DNA from: an uncultured Candidatus Sumerlaeota bacterium
Lineage (GTDB): Bacteria > Sumerlaeota > Sumerlaeia > SLMS01
Assembly: GCA_964437365.1 (NCBI GenBank)
Contig: CAYTGM010000009.1
Coordinates: 80,444-144,443 of the forward strand
DNA: 64,000 nucleotides
Direction of reading: 5' to 3'
The notes under the pieces are model-generated. The model was given only the letters and a program-made list of their open reading frames with translations. It did not search any database and had not been told where the DNA came from. Within the stretch, counting starts at the first letter, position 1. Each line of letters starts with the position of its first letter. This document shows positions 55,385-64,000 of this stretch, piece by piece. Both the position numbers and the translations under genes were made by a program.

Positions 55385-58300
55385 TTATAGATGTCCGATA
55401 AACCTGGCTGCTTTCCTTCCAGCCGCTTCCATAAACTCGAGAATTCGAACAAGTTCATTTCTCGTTAGGTTCTTTCCATCACGCGTTTCAACGAGTATTA
55501 AACGTGAGGTCTCATTTACATCCTTCTCCAATGCAAAGCTCACTGGTAGTATTTCACTATTCAGTGTGAGCATGTCTGAAAGAATAGCTGCTTCATTTAA
55601 CTTCTCTTTTGATATAGTTAAAGGCATTCTGATTTCAAGTCTGTCATTCCTGACTCGTAAGTCCATAGTACGATCGGTTACGCCTGAAAGTCTAAAGATA
55701 CCTTTCCCGGTTTCTTCAACAGTATATCCATTCGATTCAAAGCAGGCCCTCATGGAGCCAACCTCAATAAACTCGCCTCTTTGATCCGGCAGTTCCCCCT
55801 TCTGTATGGCATTGAGAGTGCTCTCCAAATCTGGGAACGAGGCCGTAAGTCTTAGATTATTCAAGGTACTTTCAATTGCATGCAGGGTGTCTTCGGAGAA
55901 TGTGAGCTGACTTTGAGCAGCGCTACCCTTCATCGAAGTTATGTTTCGGGCTATTTGATCGAGTGAATCCTTAAGCTCCTGGGGAAAAGGTAGCTCCTCT
56001 GAAGCCCGGCCTGCACGAAACTCGTTGAGCTGAGCAAGCGAACTCTCAATTTTCTCAAAAATGGGTTTCAGCTCTTGAGTTGCTGTTGGTGCCAGAGCCG
56101 CAACACTGGCCGAGAGATTCTCGAGCCCAGCCAGCTTTGAAGAAATTGCGTGGATGTTTTCGGATAAGGAGTTTAATTCAAGGAGTGCCTGAGCCATGGA
56201 ATCTCCGTCTTGCATACCCAGCATTTTCTGCTTCTTTTGAAAGGTCTCTTTGATCTCCTCCCATCTGTCTTTTTCTTGTTCTGAGATGAGGCCTGTCAGT
56301 TCTTTGAATTTCAGTAGATTAGCTTCTGCTCCTTTGGTCAGAGTTTGTGATTCACCCTGGTAGTGAGCTAGGATTAGTGAGGTCAGCTCTTCATCGTTCA
56401 TAACCGGCAGTACTTTTTCAGCAAGTCGGTTCATATTCCTGTAAGACCCCTGAAGCTTGAATGGCGGTTCAGTACGATATAAATCTTCCTGAGCTGCGGA
56501 TCGTATGTACTCTTCATTAACTCGAAGTATCACATCTCGAACTCTGAATAGCTTCTTCAGGACATTGGTATAATCACTCATCTCGGATGCAGAATAAGAA
56601 CCTTCAAAGCCAATGTCGGCCTGGGACCTTCCTTTTGCGAGCGCTATAAGTTTGTAAATATCTTTCTGGCTCTTATGAGAAAGAGGGGCGAGAATTGGAT
56701 TTGATGTCAGACAGTTTTCGATATAGCTCTGTTCGAAAGCTTCATTATAATCGCCAAGTATATCTCCGAGGTTGTAGGTGTCTGCACGGTTTGCGAGCAT
56801 ATCAGGTATCTGGAATTTTCCGCCACTCTCGGTGTAAGGGTTTCCTGCCATTACCACGGCCACCTTTCGACCACGCAAATCGTAAGTCTGGCTTCGTCCT
56901 CTCCATATACCTTCTATACGCCTTTGGCCATCACAAAGTGATATAAACTTCTGGAGGAACTCGGGATTGCAGTGCTGGATGTCATCGAGATAGATCATAA
57001 TATTATCCCCCATCTCGAGAGCAAAATTCAACTTTTCAATCTCTTCTTTGGCCGCTGCATTAGGAGCATCAAGTGGATCCAGTGAAGTAACAGCGTGACC
57101 GATTGAAGGTCCGTTCACCTTGACGAAAATTACTCCAAGCCTGCTGGCGATATATTCCATGAGAGTTGTTTTCCCATACCCCGGAGGTGAAATCAGAAGG
57201 AGAAGGCCCATCAGGTCAGTGCGTTTATCCGACCCCGCCACACCTATCTGCTTCGCCAGGTTATCACCGATCATCGGAAGATATACATCATTGATTAGTT
57301 TGTTTCGAACGAATGAAGTGAGTACTCTTGGTTCAAACTCTTTGAGCCTAAGGTCTTCTCGGTAGTGCTCTGCGAGATACTTTTTTCTTTCAGAGTATCG
57401 GCGGTATTTTGGGAGATCGTATTCCAAAAACCGTGAAAGTCGTCCCATGAATTCAGAAAAGTCCAGTTTCAGTACCCCATCAGATATGACCGGATGCATT
57501 CCCTTCATGCCTTCCAGATTCTGGATGAGCTCTACTGCGTGTACCGATGATCTATTGAATGTCCCGGTGGTTATGATCGCTGCGGCTTCATCAACAAACC
57601 TTAGCAGGTGGTCATTCTCTGAATGGTGCAGGAAACCGCTAAGCCAGCCTCGCAAGAGCTGGAATCCGCCTTGAACATCATCCTTCAAGGTATTCAAAGT
57701 CTTGTCTAGAGCATCACTCTGATGGATTTCTGTGAGGTGCTGTATGAATTCGTCATGAAGTTGAGCAGCTTCAGAACTAATGATCATACTCTCTCTAAGA
57801 GCAACCTCCTCAAACAGATAACTTGCAGCATCCGTCACATATTCTTCCGCGTAGAAGGAATGCATTCTATTGAATTGCTCCATCTCTGCCCGGAGACGAT
57901 CCTTGGCGAGTCGAAATTCACTCAGCTCGCCGAATCGCTTTACAGCCTCACCCATTCCCTTAAGTAGATAGATATATCCATCTTTGTTATTCTCTTTGAG
58001 TCCCCTGTACCAGAAGAGTCGAGCAAGAGAGCGAGACTGTGGTTCAAACCTGAGCAGGTCTGCCTCCCCTCTCAGGTTCAACAGTGCTGCCAGGATTCTA
58101 GTCGCGTCGATATCGTGTACTCCCTTTTGATACCCCTCATCAAATCTGGGACTCATAAACTTCTGAACTGTTTCAAGAAGTTTTTCACGTGTATAACCGG
58201 CCAGCCCATCCAGGCTTGGAAGTGATTTCATTCCGGCTTCTGTGAGCATGAGATATGCAAGATACTCTGACCGATAAACCTGCTGGTTTTCTGAAATATA

Positions 58301-61006
58301 CTCTCTAGCCCAGTAGGGTTTCAGTCTATTCAGTTCCTCATCATTAATGGGCTCAAAAAAATTCGTCCCTGTGATGTGAACATTCATTTTGTTCTCACGA
58401 ACCAGGAAAGACATCTCAGTCTTTTGGCGGTTCACGGAAAAAACATGCTTTCCAAACCTGATGAGGTGATCGCCATCTGCTGAGAGCTCATGACGGTCCT
58501 TCAACTGACGAATCGCATTCTCCTGTACCGACTTCAATCGGGATTCGACCTCATCAGATTTGACTGTGTCACCCAACTCTATGAGTTGGTGCACCAGGTT
58601 TCGCACCTTGTCGACCATCAGGTCCCCAGCGAAATAGGCATTTATTTCGGTGATCTCTTTGAGCGAGTCTACACGTGACTTAACTGCATTAAGAATTCGA
58701 TCTGCTGATTTGGCAATTGAGTCGATCCGACGATTCTTTTCTTCAACCAGTGCGAGTTTCTTCGATTCAAAAGCGGAAGCGATCTCGCTACGTTTCTCAG
58801 AGAGCTTGATAACATATTCATCAAAATCAGCAAATCTACCCTCGAGATCCTCCACCTGAACCATAAGTCTGTTTTCGTTTTCGTCGCATTTCTCCGGTGA
58901 ATCAGAGATATCCAGGTAGCTCAAAATACTCTGCTCAAGGAGTTTCATTTGGGCAGTAAACTCAGCAACAGCTTCTTTGCTTTGTAAGGATTTCTTTCGA
59001 TTACGAAGGTCCGCTCTGACCGTGTTCAGATTCGTCAGGATACCAGAGCAGCCGTCTATAATCTGTGTGGACTTTGTTGCATCATCTATACGAAGATTCC
59101 CAACTACGTCGATCAGTGTTTCAATTTCATTCGAAATTTGCGTGACAGATTTCTGGATCTCTTCTGCATCGCTTGCCTTAGCCAACTCTTCTGTTTCCTG
59201 TGTGACTTGACTGACCATTTCATGGTAGGAATCAAGAGCCTCTGGCTTTAGAAGAAAATCTACGCAGTGGGTGGATAATGCTTCAATTCTTTCCTTTGAT
59301 AACGACTCTAATTCGTCAACCACATCATTGTCTACATACCTTAGCTCTCGCAGATTAACCAGCCTGCCCCGAAGCTTCCTGAATTCGTAAAGCGCAGATA
59401 CGAACTCGTTGGTAGATGTCAATAGATCAGGTTTGTGCTGACTGAGTAGTTTCTTTGTATGTTTCTCTACTTCGTGGACTTCATCCTGAGTTGACCTTTT
59501 AATCTCACGAACCTTGTCAAACTCGTCGATCGCTGCAGAGGCGGTTTCACGTATATCAGAAAGAACCGATGCAAGACCATGAGCTTCTTCGTGAGACAAC
59601 CAGAAGTAGGCATCCAGAAGATCTTGCGTTGTATCAAGAATATCATCATAGAGATTCTGATAGATTTCCTCTCGCCGTATAAGATTGATGATGCTTTGGC
59701 ATTCTGCCATGCAGCGAACAAGTTCTTTATTTCCTATCTTTGCAAGGAAAGACCCTTCTACGACGGGTGGTTTATAATCAGGTGAGACAAAAGGTGTCTG
59801 CCAGATTTGAACTGTATGGTGCTTTTGCGGTGAATCTTCAGAGCGAAAGTAAAGTAGTTCCCCCTGACGGAAGAAGCAATGACCATTGCATTGTATAGGC
59901 GTTGCTATCGAACGAGAAATAACATTGTAGCTCAGGAGAACATAGTGCCCGGTTTCGCTCTGGTAAAACACGTACATACTGTCTTCGCCATTCGGTGAGA
60001 CGATACGTCTTTCAAACATCAGATCGTCGGGATTGTAATTGAACTTCTTGTACTCACCGGAGATTAAATAGTAACCATTCGGAAAGATGAGTCCGTGATC
60101 ATCAGGCAGTAGTATACATGACTCGCCAATCGAGTCGACTCTTACAACCTGCTTAATCTTTTCGTTAAAGACGAAGTATCTGAAATTGTCCTCTCGGTAT
60201 GGTTTGATTCTAAGTAAAATGAGCGGACCTAACTCTGTAAACTGTATATCCGCATCATCGAGCTTTTGTTCTTTATGGTCGACCTGTTCACCATAGATAC
60301 CCTCGCCAGACTCGGTGTTATCTTCTATCTTGATCGTCAAATCTCCACCTATACACTCAACGAACACTCTATCATGAATGCTTACATGGGGGTGGCGACC
60401 TTCTCGAAAATAATCACGATTCGTTCTCGTCCACTCAAACTCTTGTTGTTTAGGGAATTTGTACTCGTGGTCACTTCTGTTGTCGAGGTACTCAAGTGAC
60501 CCATCGGGTTTCATTAGCCACTTGAAAGTCTTGATATCGGACCCACTCTTACCTATTTGAAAGATCATGAACAGGTTTGGACCCGAAATCCAGAATCGCG
60601 CGAAAATGGTTTGTTTGTAGTATTTGTAGAGGTTTTCAAAGTCCTTCAGAAACTCACTGTCATCAAGAATAGAAAGACCCTGCTCTTCAAATTCCTGATC
60701 ATTGAGTCTGTATATAGAAAAAACATCTTTCACTTCCGTCGTTGATTTCAGACCGAATGTTACATTGTATGCGAAGATAAAGACATCACCAATGGCGACG
60801 ATATCTCTAGGTGTACAATTATGCTCAGTTGTAATTCGCTGGGTAGATAGAAGCTGTGCACTAACAGAGCCGAAGGTTTCCTGTCTATCCTGGTTCAGTG
60901 AATTAAGGGACCCATTGAGCCGTTCACCTTGTTCTTCAAGACGCTTCTTCAGTATTTCGTATGTGCCACCCTCCAGGGTGATCTGTTCATTCTTTTCTTC
61001 AGCCAT
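55385..61006 (-). CDS. Giant (1873 aa) coiled-coil protein with a single embedded MoxR/AAA_5-type ATPase core, function unknown
   Basis: Walker A LLLISPPGYGKTTL (~57173-57190 nt). Walker B IMIYLDDIQHCNPEFLQKF. AAA_5 sensor-like VAVVMAGNPYTESGG...LANRADTY. Long heptad-rich regions flank the ATPase. N-terminal ~450 aa is non-coiled. Confidence 0.7.
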   Translation of the reverse strand: MAEEKNEQITLEGGTYEILKKRLEEQGERLNGSLNSLNQDRQETFGSVSAQLLSTQRITTEHNCTPRDIVAIGDVFIFAYNVTFGLKSTTEVKDVFSIYRLNDQEFEEQGLSILDDSEFLKDFENLYKYYKQTIFARFWISGPNLFMIFQIGKSGSDIKTFKWLMKPDGSLEYLDNRSDHEYKFPKQQEFEWTRTNRDYFREGRHPHVSIHDRVFVECIGGDLTIKIEDNTESGEGIYGEQVDHKEQKLDDADIQFTELGPLILLRIKPYREDNFRYFVFNEKIKQVVRVDSIGESCILLPDDHGLIFPNGYYLISGEYKKFNYNPDDLMFERRIVSPNGEDSMYVFYQSETGHYVLLSYNVISRSIATPIQCNGHCFFRQGELLYFRSEDSPQKHHTVQIWQTPFVSPDYKPPVVEGSFLAKIGNKELVRCMAECQSIINLIRREEIYQNLYDDILDTTQDLLDAYFWLSHEEAHGLASVLSDIRETASAAIDEFDKVREIKRSTQDEVHEVEKHTKKLLSQHKPDLLTSTNEFVSALYEFRKLRGRLVNLRELRYVDNDVVDELESLSKERIEALSTHCVDFLLKPEALDSYHEMVSQVTQETEELAKASDAEEIQKSVTQISNEIETLIDVVGNLRIDDATKSTQIIDGCSGILTNLNTVRADLRNRKKSLQSKEAVAEFTAQMKLLEQSILSYLDISDSPEKCDENENRLMVQVEDLEGRFADFDEYVIKLSEKRSEIASAFESKKLALVEEKNRRIDSIAKSADRILNAVKSRVDSLKEITEINAYFAGDLMVDKVRNLVHQLIELGDTVKSDEVESRLKSVQENAIRQLKDRHELSADGDHLIRFGKHVFSVNRQKTEMSFLVRENKMNVHITGTNFFEPINDEELNRLKPYWAREYISENQQVYRSEYLAYLMLTEAGMKSLPSLDGLAGYTREKLLETVQKFMSPRFDEGYQKGVHDIDATRILAALLNLRGEADLLRFEPQSRSLARLFWYRGLKENNKDGYIYLLKGMGEAVKRFGELSEFRLAKDRLRAEMEQFNRMHSFYAEEYVTDAASYLFEEVALRESMIISSEAAQLHDEFIQHLTEIHQSDALDKTLNTLKDDVQGGFQLLRGWLSGFLHHSENDHLLRFVDEAAAIITTGTFNRSSVHAVELIQNLEGMKGMHPVISDGVLKLDFSEFMGRLSRFLEYDLPKYRRYSERKKYLAEHYREDLRLKEFEPRVLTSFVRNKLINDVYLPMIGDNLAKQIGVAGSDKRTDLMGLLLLISPPGYGKTTLMEYIASRLGVIFVKVNGPSIGHAVTSLDPLDAPNAAAKEEIEKLNFALEMGDNIMIYLDDIQHCNPEFLQKFISLCDGQRRIEGIWRGRSQTYDLRGRKVAVVMAGNPYTESGGKFQIPDMLANRADTYNLGDILGDYNEAFEQSYIENCLTSNPILAPLSHKSQKDIYKLIALAKGRSQADIGFEGSYSASEMSDYTNVLKKLFRVRDVILRVNEEYIRSAAQEDLYRTEPPFKLQGSYRNMNRLAEKVLPVMNDEELTSLILAHYQGESQTLTKGAEANLLKFKELTGLISEQEKDRWEEIKETFQKKQKMLGMQDGDSMAQALLELNSLSENIHAISSKLAGLENLSASVAALAPTATQELKPIFEKIESSLAQLNEFRAGRASEELPFPQELKDSLDQIARNITSMKGSAAQSQLTFSEDTLHAIESTLNNLRLTASFPDLESTLNAIQKGELPDQRGEFIEVGSMRACFESNGYTVEETGKGIFRLSGVTDRTMDLRVRNDRLEIRMPLTISKEKLNEAAILSDMLTLNSEILPVSFALEKDVNETSRLILVETRDGKNLTRNELVRILEFMEAAGRKAARFIGHL

Positions 61007-61012
61007 GACAAA

Positions 61013-63097
61013 TTAGGATCCAACATATTTTGAGGCTGGCTGACTATCTATACCCCATTTTTCAGCGACCCCTAGAAATCCCTGAAGAGTCTGTTTCATT
61101 TGGGTAGAGTCGGTCATCGACATCATTTTCATAATCAGGGCAGAAACAGAGAGATTCTTAATGTCCTCACTGCTTATTCCAAAACTGTCTATCATATCCT
61201 TCAGGCCTTCAAAGTCATCCGAACCCAGAATTTTTTCCTCCAACCGAGTAAGCGTCTCGCTATTACCTACAAGTCTATCGACGTATTTGCCCTGGGTAAT
61301 GGCGTTGGAGATTCGATCAAAGAACTGCATCTCACCGCCAACAATATCAATCTTGGCAGTCTCGAGAGCCTTTCCAAGGACCTCTGCCTGAGTCTTTGCG
61401 ATATCAGTCCGAATGTTGATTTCAGCCAGCTCGATCTCTTTTTCCTTATCCAGCTTCAGCTTGAATTCTTCATGCTCGCGTCCGACTCCATCAAGTTTCT
61501 TCATGGCCTCGGCCTTCTTCTCAACTCCTTCAGCTTCTGCACCATGCTTTTCCCTTAAACCAATTGCTTCCGCACGAGCTCTCTTCTCGAGCACTTCAGC
61601 CTCTACATTTCCCTCTTTGAGTTTTGCCGATGCCATCGCGTCTATAACGGCAGCTTCTGCCTCCCCTTCTTTCCTTCTCGCGAGAGCTTTCGCCTCCATC
61701 ACATTTGCCTCTGCCAGACCTTGCACAGCCGCTTCGGCTTTTCTGGCATCTGCGATCGTTTTCATCGCTTGGGCTCGTTTGACAGAAGCCTCCTGTTCAG
61801 CGCCTGCCTTAATGAGTTCCCTCTCACGCTGTGAAGTTGCCGCCAGTTTTTCAGCCTCTGCTTCCTTCGTTTTTTGAATCAGTTTCTGCTCAGCAATTTC
61901 TTCGGCCTTTGTTGTCGCAACTAGCTTCTCCCTCTCCGCAAGAGCCTTTGCCCTCGTATCCTTGATCGCCTCTTCCTCTTGAACAACTGCCTTTTCAACG
62001 ATGACCCGTTCTCGAATGACATCTTGAATATTCTTACGTTCTTCTTCGACCGCTTTCTCTTTTTCTATTTGAGCAATGGTCACGATTCTTTCGCGTTCAT
62101 TGACTTCGAGCATACGGTCACGCTCCACGCGTTCCGACTCCACTGCATCGGTACGTTCTTTATTGCGCGTGGCGACAATGACCTGTCTATCCTTGTTCTG
62201 TGTAGCGACTTCAATCTTCTCCTCCGCTTCAATGCGAGCAGCCTCTGATTTTTCCAGTTCCTCAGCCTGAACTCTTTTGATAGATGCTTCCTCACGGGCT
62301 TTGATGTGAGCAATTTCACGCTTTTGAATCTCTTCCTTCTCTGCCAATTGACGCTGGAGCTGAAGTATGGCCTCCTGAGCCTCCACATCCTGCTTGGTAA
62401 TTGTTTTCTCTTTGTCACGGTTTATGTAGTTCGCGAGCGTAAGCTGATGTGAAGTGAGATCGGTGATCTTCTTGATACCTTCAGCATCAAGAATATTGTC
62501 TGGATCCAAGACCTCTTTAGGGGTCTGCTCGAGATAATCGATAGCTGCATCATCAAGAACGTAACCATTCAGATCTCTCCCTATGATCTTTAGAATTTCC
62601 TCTTTGAACTTCTCTCGGGAGTTGTAGAGCTCAACAAAATCAAAGTGTTTACCAACAGTCTTGAGCCCTTCGGAAAACTTCGCGTCGAAAAGCTGGAAGA
62701 GCATATCAGGGTCTGAAGCACGAGCACATCCAACTGATTGCGCGACCCTCAATACGTCTGTTTCCGTCTTATTGACCTGAACAAAGAAGGCTACCTTGAT
62801 GTCGGCGCGCATGTTGTCCTTACAAATAAGTCCATTCTTCCCGGTTCGCTCTATCTCAATACGCTTCAGCGATATATCCATCACCTCAACATTGTGAACG
62901 AATGGCGTATAGAGCATACCAGTGAAAGAAATAACTGGTTGTTTCGAGAATATACCACCGGTTCGAACCAGAGCCTGTCCCTGTTTGGTTTTTTTGTAAA
63001 AGAAAGCAGTGAGCATGAATAATCCCCCAAGGAGTATGATGAAAAAGAGAAAGATTCCAGACAGAATATAAGCGAGTAGTATCAGGAGACTGACCAT
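61013..63097 (-). CDS. Flotillin-like SPFH/band-7 protein with extended E/A/K-rich repeat region
   Basis: N-terminal TM helix. SPFH core (ALVRTGG...KDNMRADIKVAFFVQV). About 300 aa of EA-rich coiled coil. Flotillin C-terminal block AKIDIVGGEMQFFDRI. Six-nt gap to the giant ATPase gene. Confidence 0.75.
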   Translation of the reverse strand: MVSLLILLAYILSGIFLFFIILLGGLFMLTAFFYKKTKQGQALVRTGGIFSKQPVISFTGMLYTPFVHNVEVMDISLKRIEIERTGKNGLICKDNMRADIKVAFFVQVNKTETDVLRVAQSVGCARASDPDMLFQLFDAKFSEGLKTVGKHFDFVELYNSREKFKEEILKIIGRDLNGYVLDDAAIDYLEQTPKEVLDPDNILDAEGIKKITDLTSHQLTLANYINRDKEKTITKQDVEAQEAILQLQRQLAEKEEIQKREIAHIKAREEASIKRVQAEELEKSEAARIEAEEKIEVATQNKDRQVIVATRNKERTDAVESERVERDRMLEVNERERIVTIAQIEKEKAVEEERKNIQDVIRERVIVEKAVVQEEEAIKDTRAKALAEREKLVATTKAEEIAEQKLIQKTKEAEAEKLAATSQRERELIKAGAEQEASVKRAQAMKTIADARKAEAAVQGLAEANVMEAKALARRKEGEAEAAVIDAMASAKLKEGNVEAEVLEKRARAEAIGLREKHGAEAEGVEKKAEAMKKLDGVGREHEEFKLKLDKEKEIELAEINIRTDIAKTQAEVLGKALETAKIDIVGGEMQFFDRISNAITQGKYVDRLVGNSETLTRLEEKILGSDDFEGLKDMIDSFGISSEDIKNLSVSALIMKMMSMTDSTQMKQTLQGFLGVAEKWGIDSQPASKYVGS

Positions 63098-63549
63098 GGA
63101 AGCTTGCCCTAAAAATCTGATTTCGAAATCAGAACATCAAAGATTTGATGAATATACCACACCAACATGAGTTTATTCTGCGGACCAACAAGAAATATTT
63201 AACTTTTTGTTCTTCTCTCTGAACTCAACACCTCGCAGACTTCAAAGCCTGAGGAGCTCTTTCTCGATAAAGGATACAGGTAACCCATGAAAGAGTCCTG
63301 GTTAAATACGTCACCAGCACACCTTTTGTAAACAACCGCTCTACGCCCAAGCTAAAATAAACTTCCCAGCCTCATCGCCTTGAAGGTTGACTAACAAGAC
63401 AGACTTTTATAGTCGTTTCTTACGATACCTCATATCAAGATCTCTTCATACGACACCATCCTTCAGTCGATATAAGCAACGCTCGCTGGACCCATCTGTT
63501 TCAGGTGTCCCTCAGAGATCTCTTACGATACCCATGAAAGCTTGTAGCC

Positions 63550-64000
63550 ATGCCAGAGACAACGACTCGTCGTGGTTTCTTTTCCTCTTTTTCCGCAGAT
63601 CTGCGTGGAGAGGGATCGGACCCGTATTGCCTATCCTCTGATCCACCGCCCCTCCCAACCCTGGGACAACATGCTGCCCAGAGACTCCAGTTTGGTGCCC
63701 TGCCGGGAGATTCGGCCAGAATCGACTCTATCGGACTATCCGCTTTTCTCGATGAACAACTGAACCCCGAAACAATCGATGATTCCGCCTGCGATGATCG
63801 CATCGCCCAGGAAAACCTGGTAACGCTCACTGAATCCTGGGCCCAACTGTTCGATCGTCGCAGTGGCCAGGGTTATTCGACTTCCGTTCAACCTTTCCGC
63901 GAGGTCAGACATGCAACATGGATTCGTCAGACAATATCAAAGTGCCAACTTTTCGAGCGCGTTGTAAACTTCTGGCACGATCACTTCAATGTGGAAGGCG
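63550..64000 (+). CDS. DUF1800 family protein, 3'-truncated at window edge
   Basis: N-terminal Tat-like TRRGFFS motif. DUF1800 signatures AAQRLQFGALPGD...FLDEQL and VVNFWHDHFNV. Frame is open to the window end. Confidence 0.6.
   Translation, partial: MPETTTRRGFFSSFSADLRGEGSDPYCLSSDPPPLPTLGQHAAQRLQFGALPGDSARIDSIGLSAFLDEQLNPETIDDSACDDRIAQENLVTLTESWAQLFDRRSGQGYSTSVQPFREVRHATWIRQTISKCQLFERVVNFWHDHFNVEG

Noticed and set aside
61400-62400. Nucleotide-level periodic GC-skewed repeats (gcttc/ctctt motifs) that look like a tandem DNA repeat array
   Set aside because: They are explained by the E/A/K/R-rich coiled-coil region of the flotillin-like protein, encoded on the minus strand. Coding periodicity, not a non-coding repeat or CRISPR array. 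No spacer/repeat regularity.
63387-63830. ORFs 63387..63641 (+), 63501..63830 (-) and 63572..63763 (+)
   Set aside because: All are out of frame with, or antisense to, the DUF1800 reading frame. That frame starts at ATG 63550, shows clear family motifs and stays open to the window end. These ORFs are short and R/S/P-rich, and most likely spurious.

Overview
This 64-kb window looks like chromosomal DNA from a PVC-type bacterium, most likely Planctomycetota; that guess rests on ~50% GC, a DUF1800 protein with a Tat-like motif, dockerin plus FG-GAP proteins, carboxypeptidase-regulatory-like repeat proteins and many signal-peptide proteins. Gene density is high on both strands. Housekeeping genes that I recognise by motif are: nadB (5'-truncated), a PrpB/PEP-mutase-family lyase, a PfkB kinase, PBP4/DacB, an HtrA protease, an AhpD-like/peroxiredoxin pair, tig-clpP-clpP, cysS, an LptD-like protein, tadA, accB-accC, an RfaE-II-like adenylyltransferase, and an Asp23/AmaP-like pair. 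Accessory or unusual content: (i) a ~2.6-kb segment carrying a secreted phosphodiester-glycosidase gene, flanked by ~300-bp diverged direct repeats that duplicate a gene junction; (ii) an RHH-antitoxin/Doc-toxin module whose toxin is interrupted by a +1 frameshift; (iii) two tandem paralogous small membrane proteins; (iv) a cell-envelope cluster of glycosyltransferases, a polysaccharide deacetylase, an HDAC-type amidohydrolase and an ATP-grasp (Ddl-like)/DmpA (S58 peptidase) fusion protein; (v) a 694-aa flotillin/SPFH protein with a long E/A-rich repeat region, immediately followed by a 1873-aa coiled-coil protein with a single embedded MoxR/AAA_5-type ATPase core. The last pair is the best candidate for an undescribed system. 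No rRNA, tRNA or CRISPR arrays were found. Coordinates of alternative starts are approximate.
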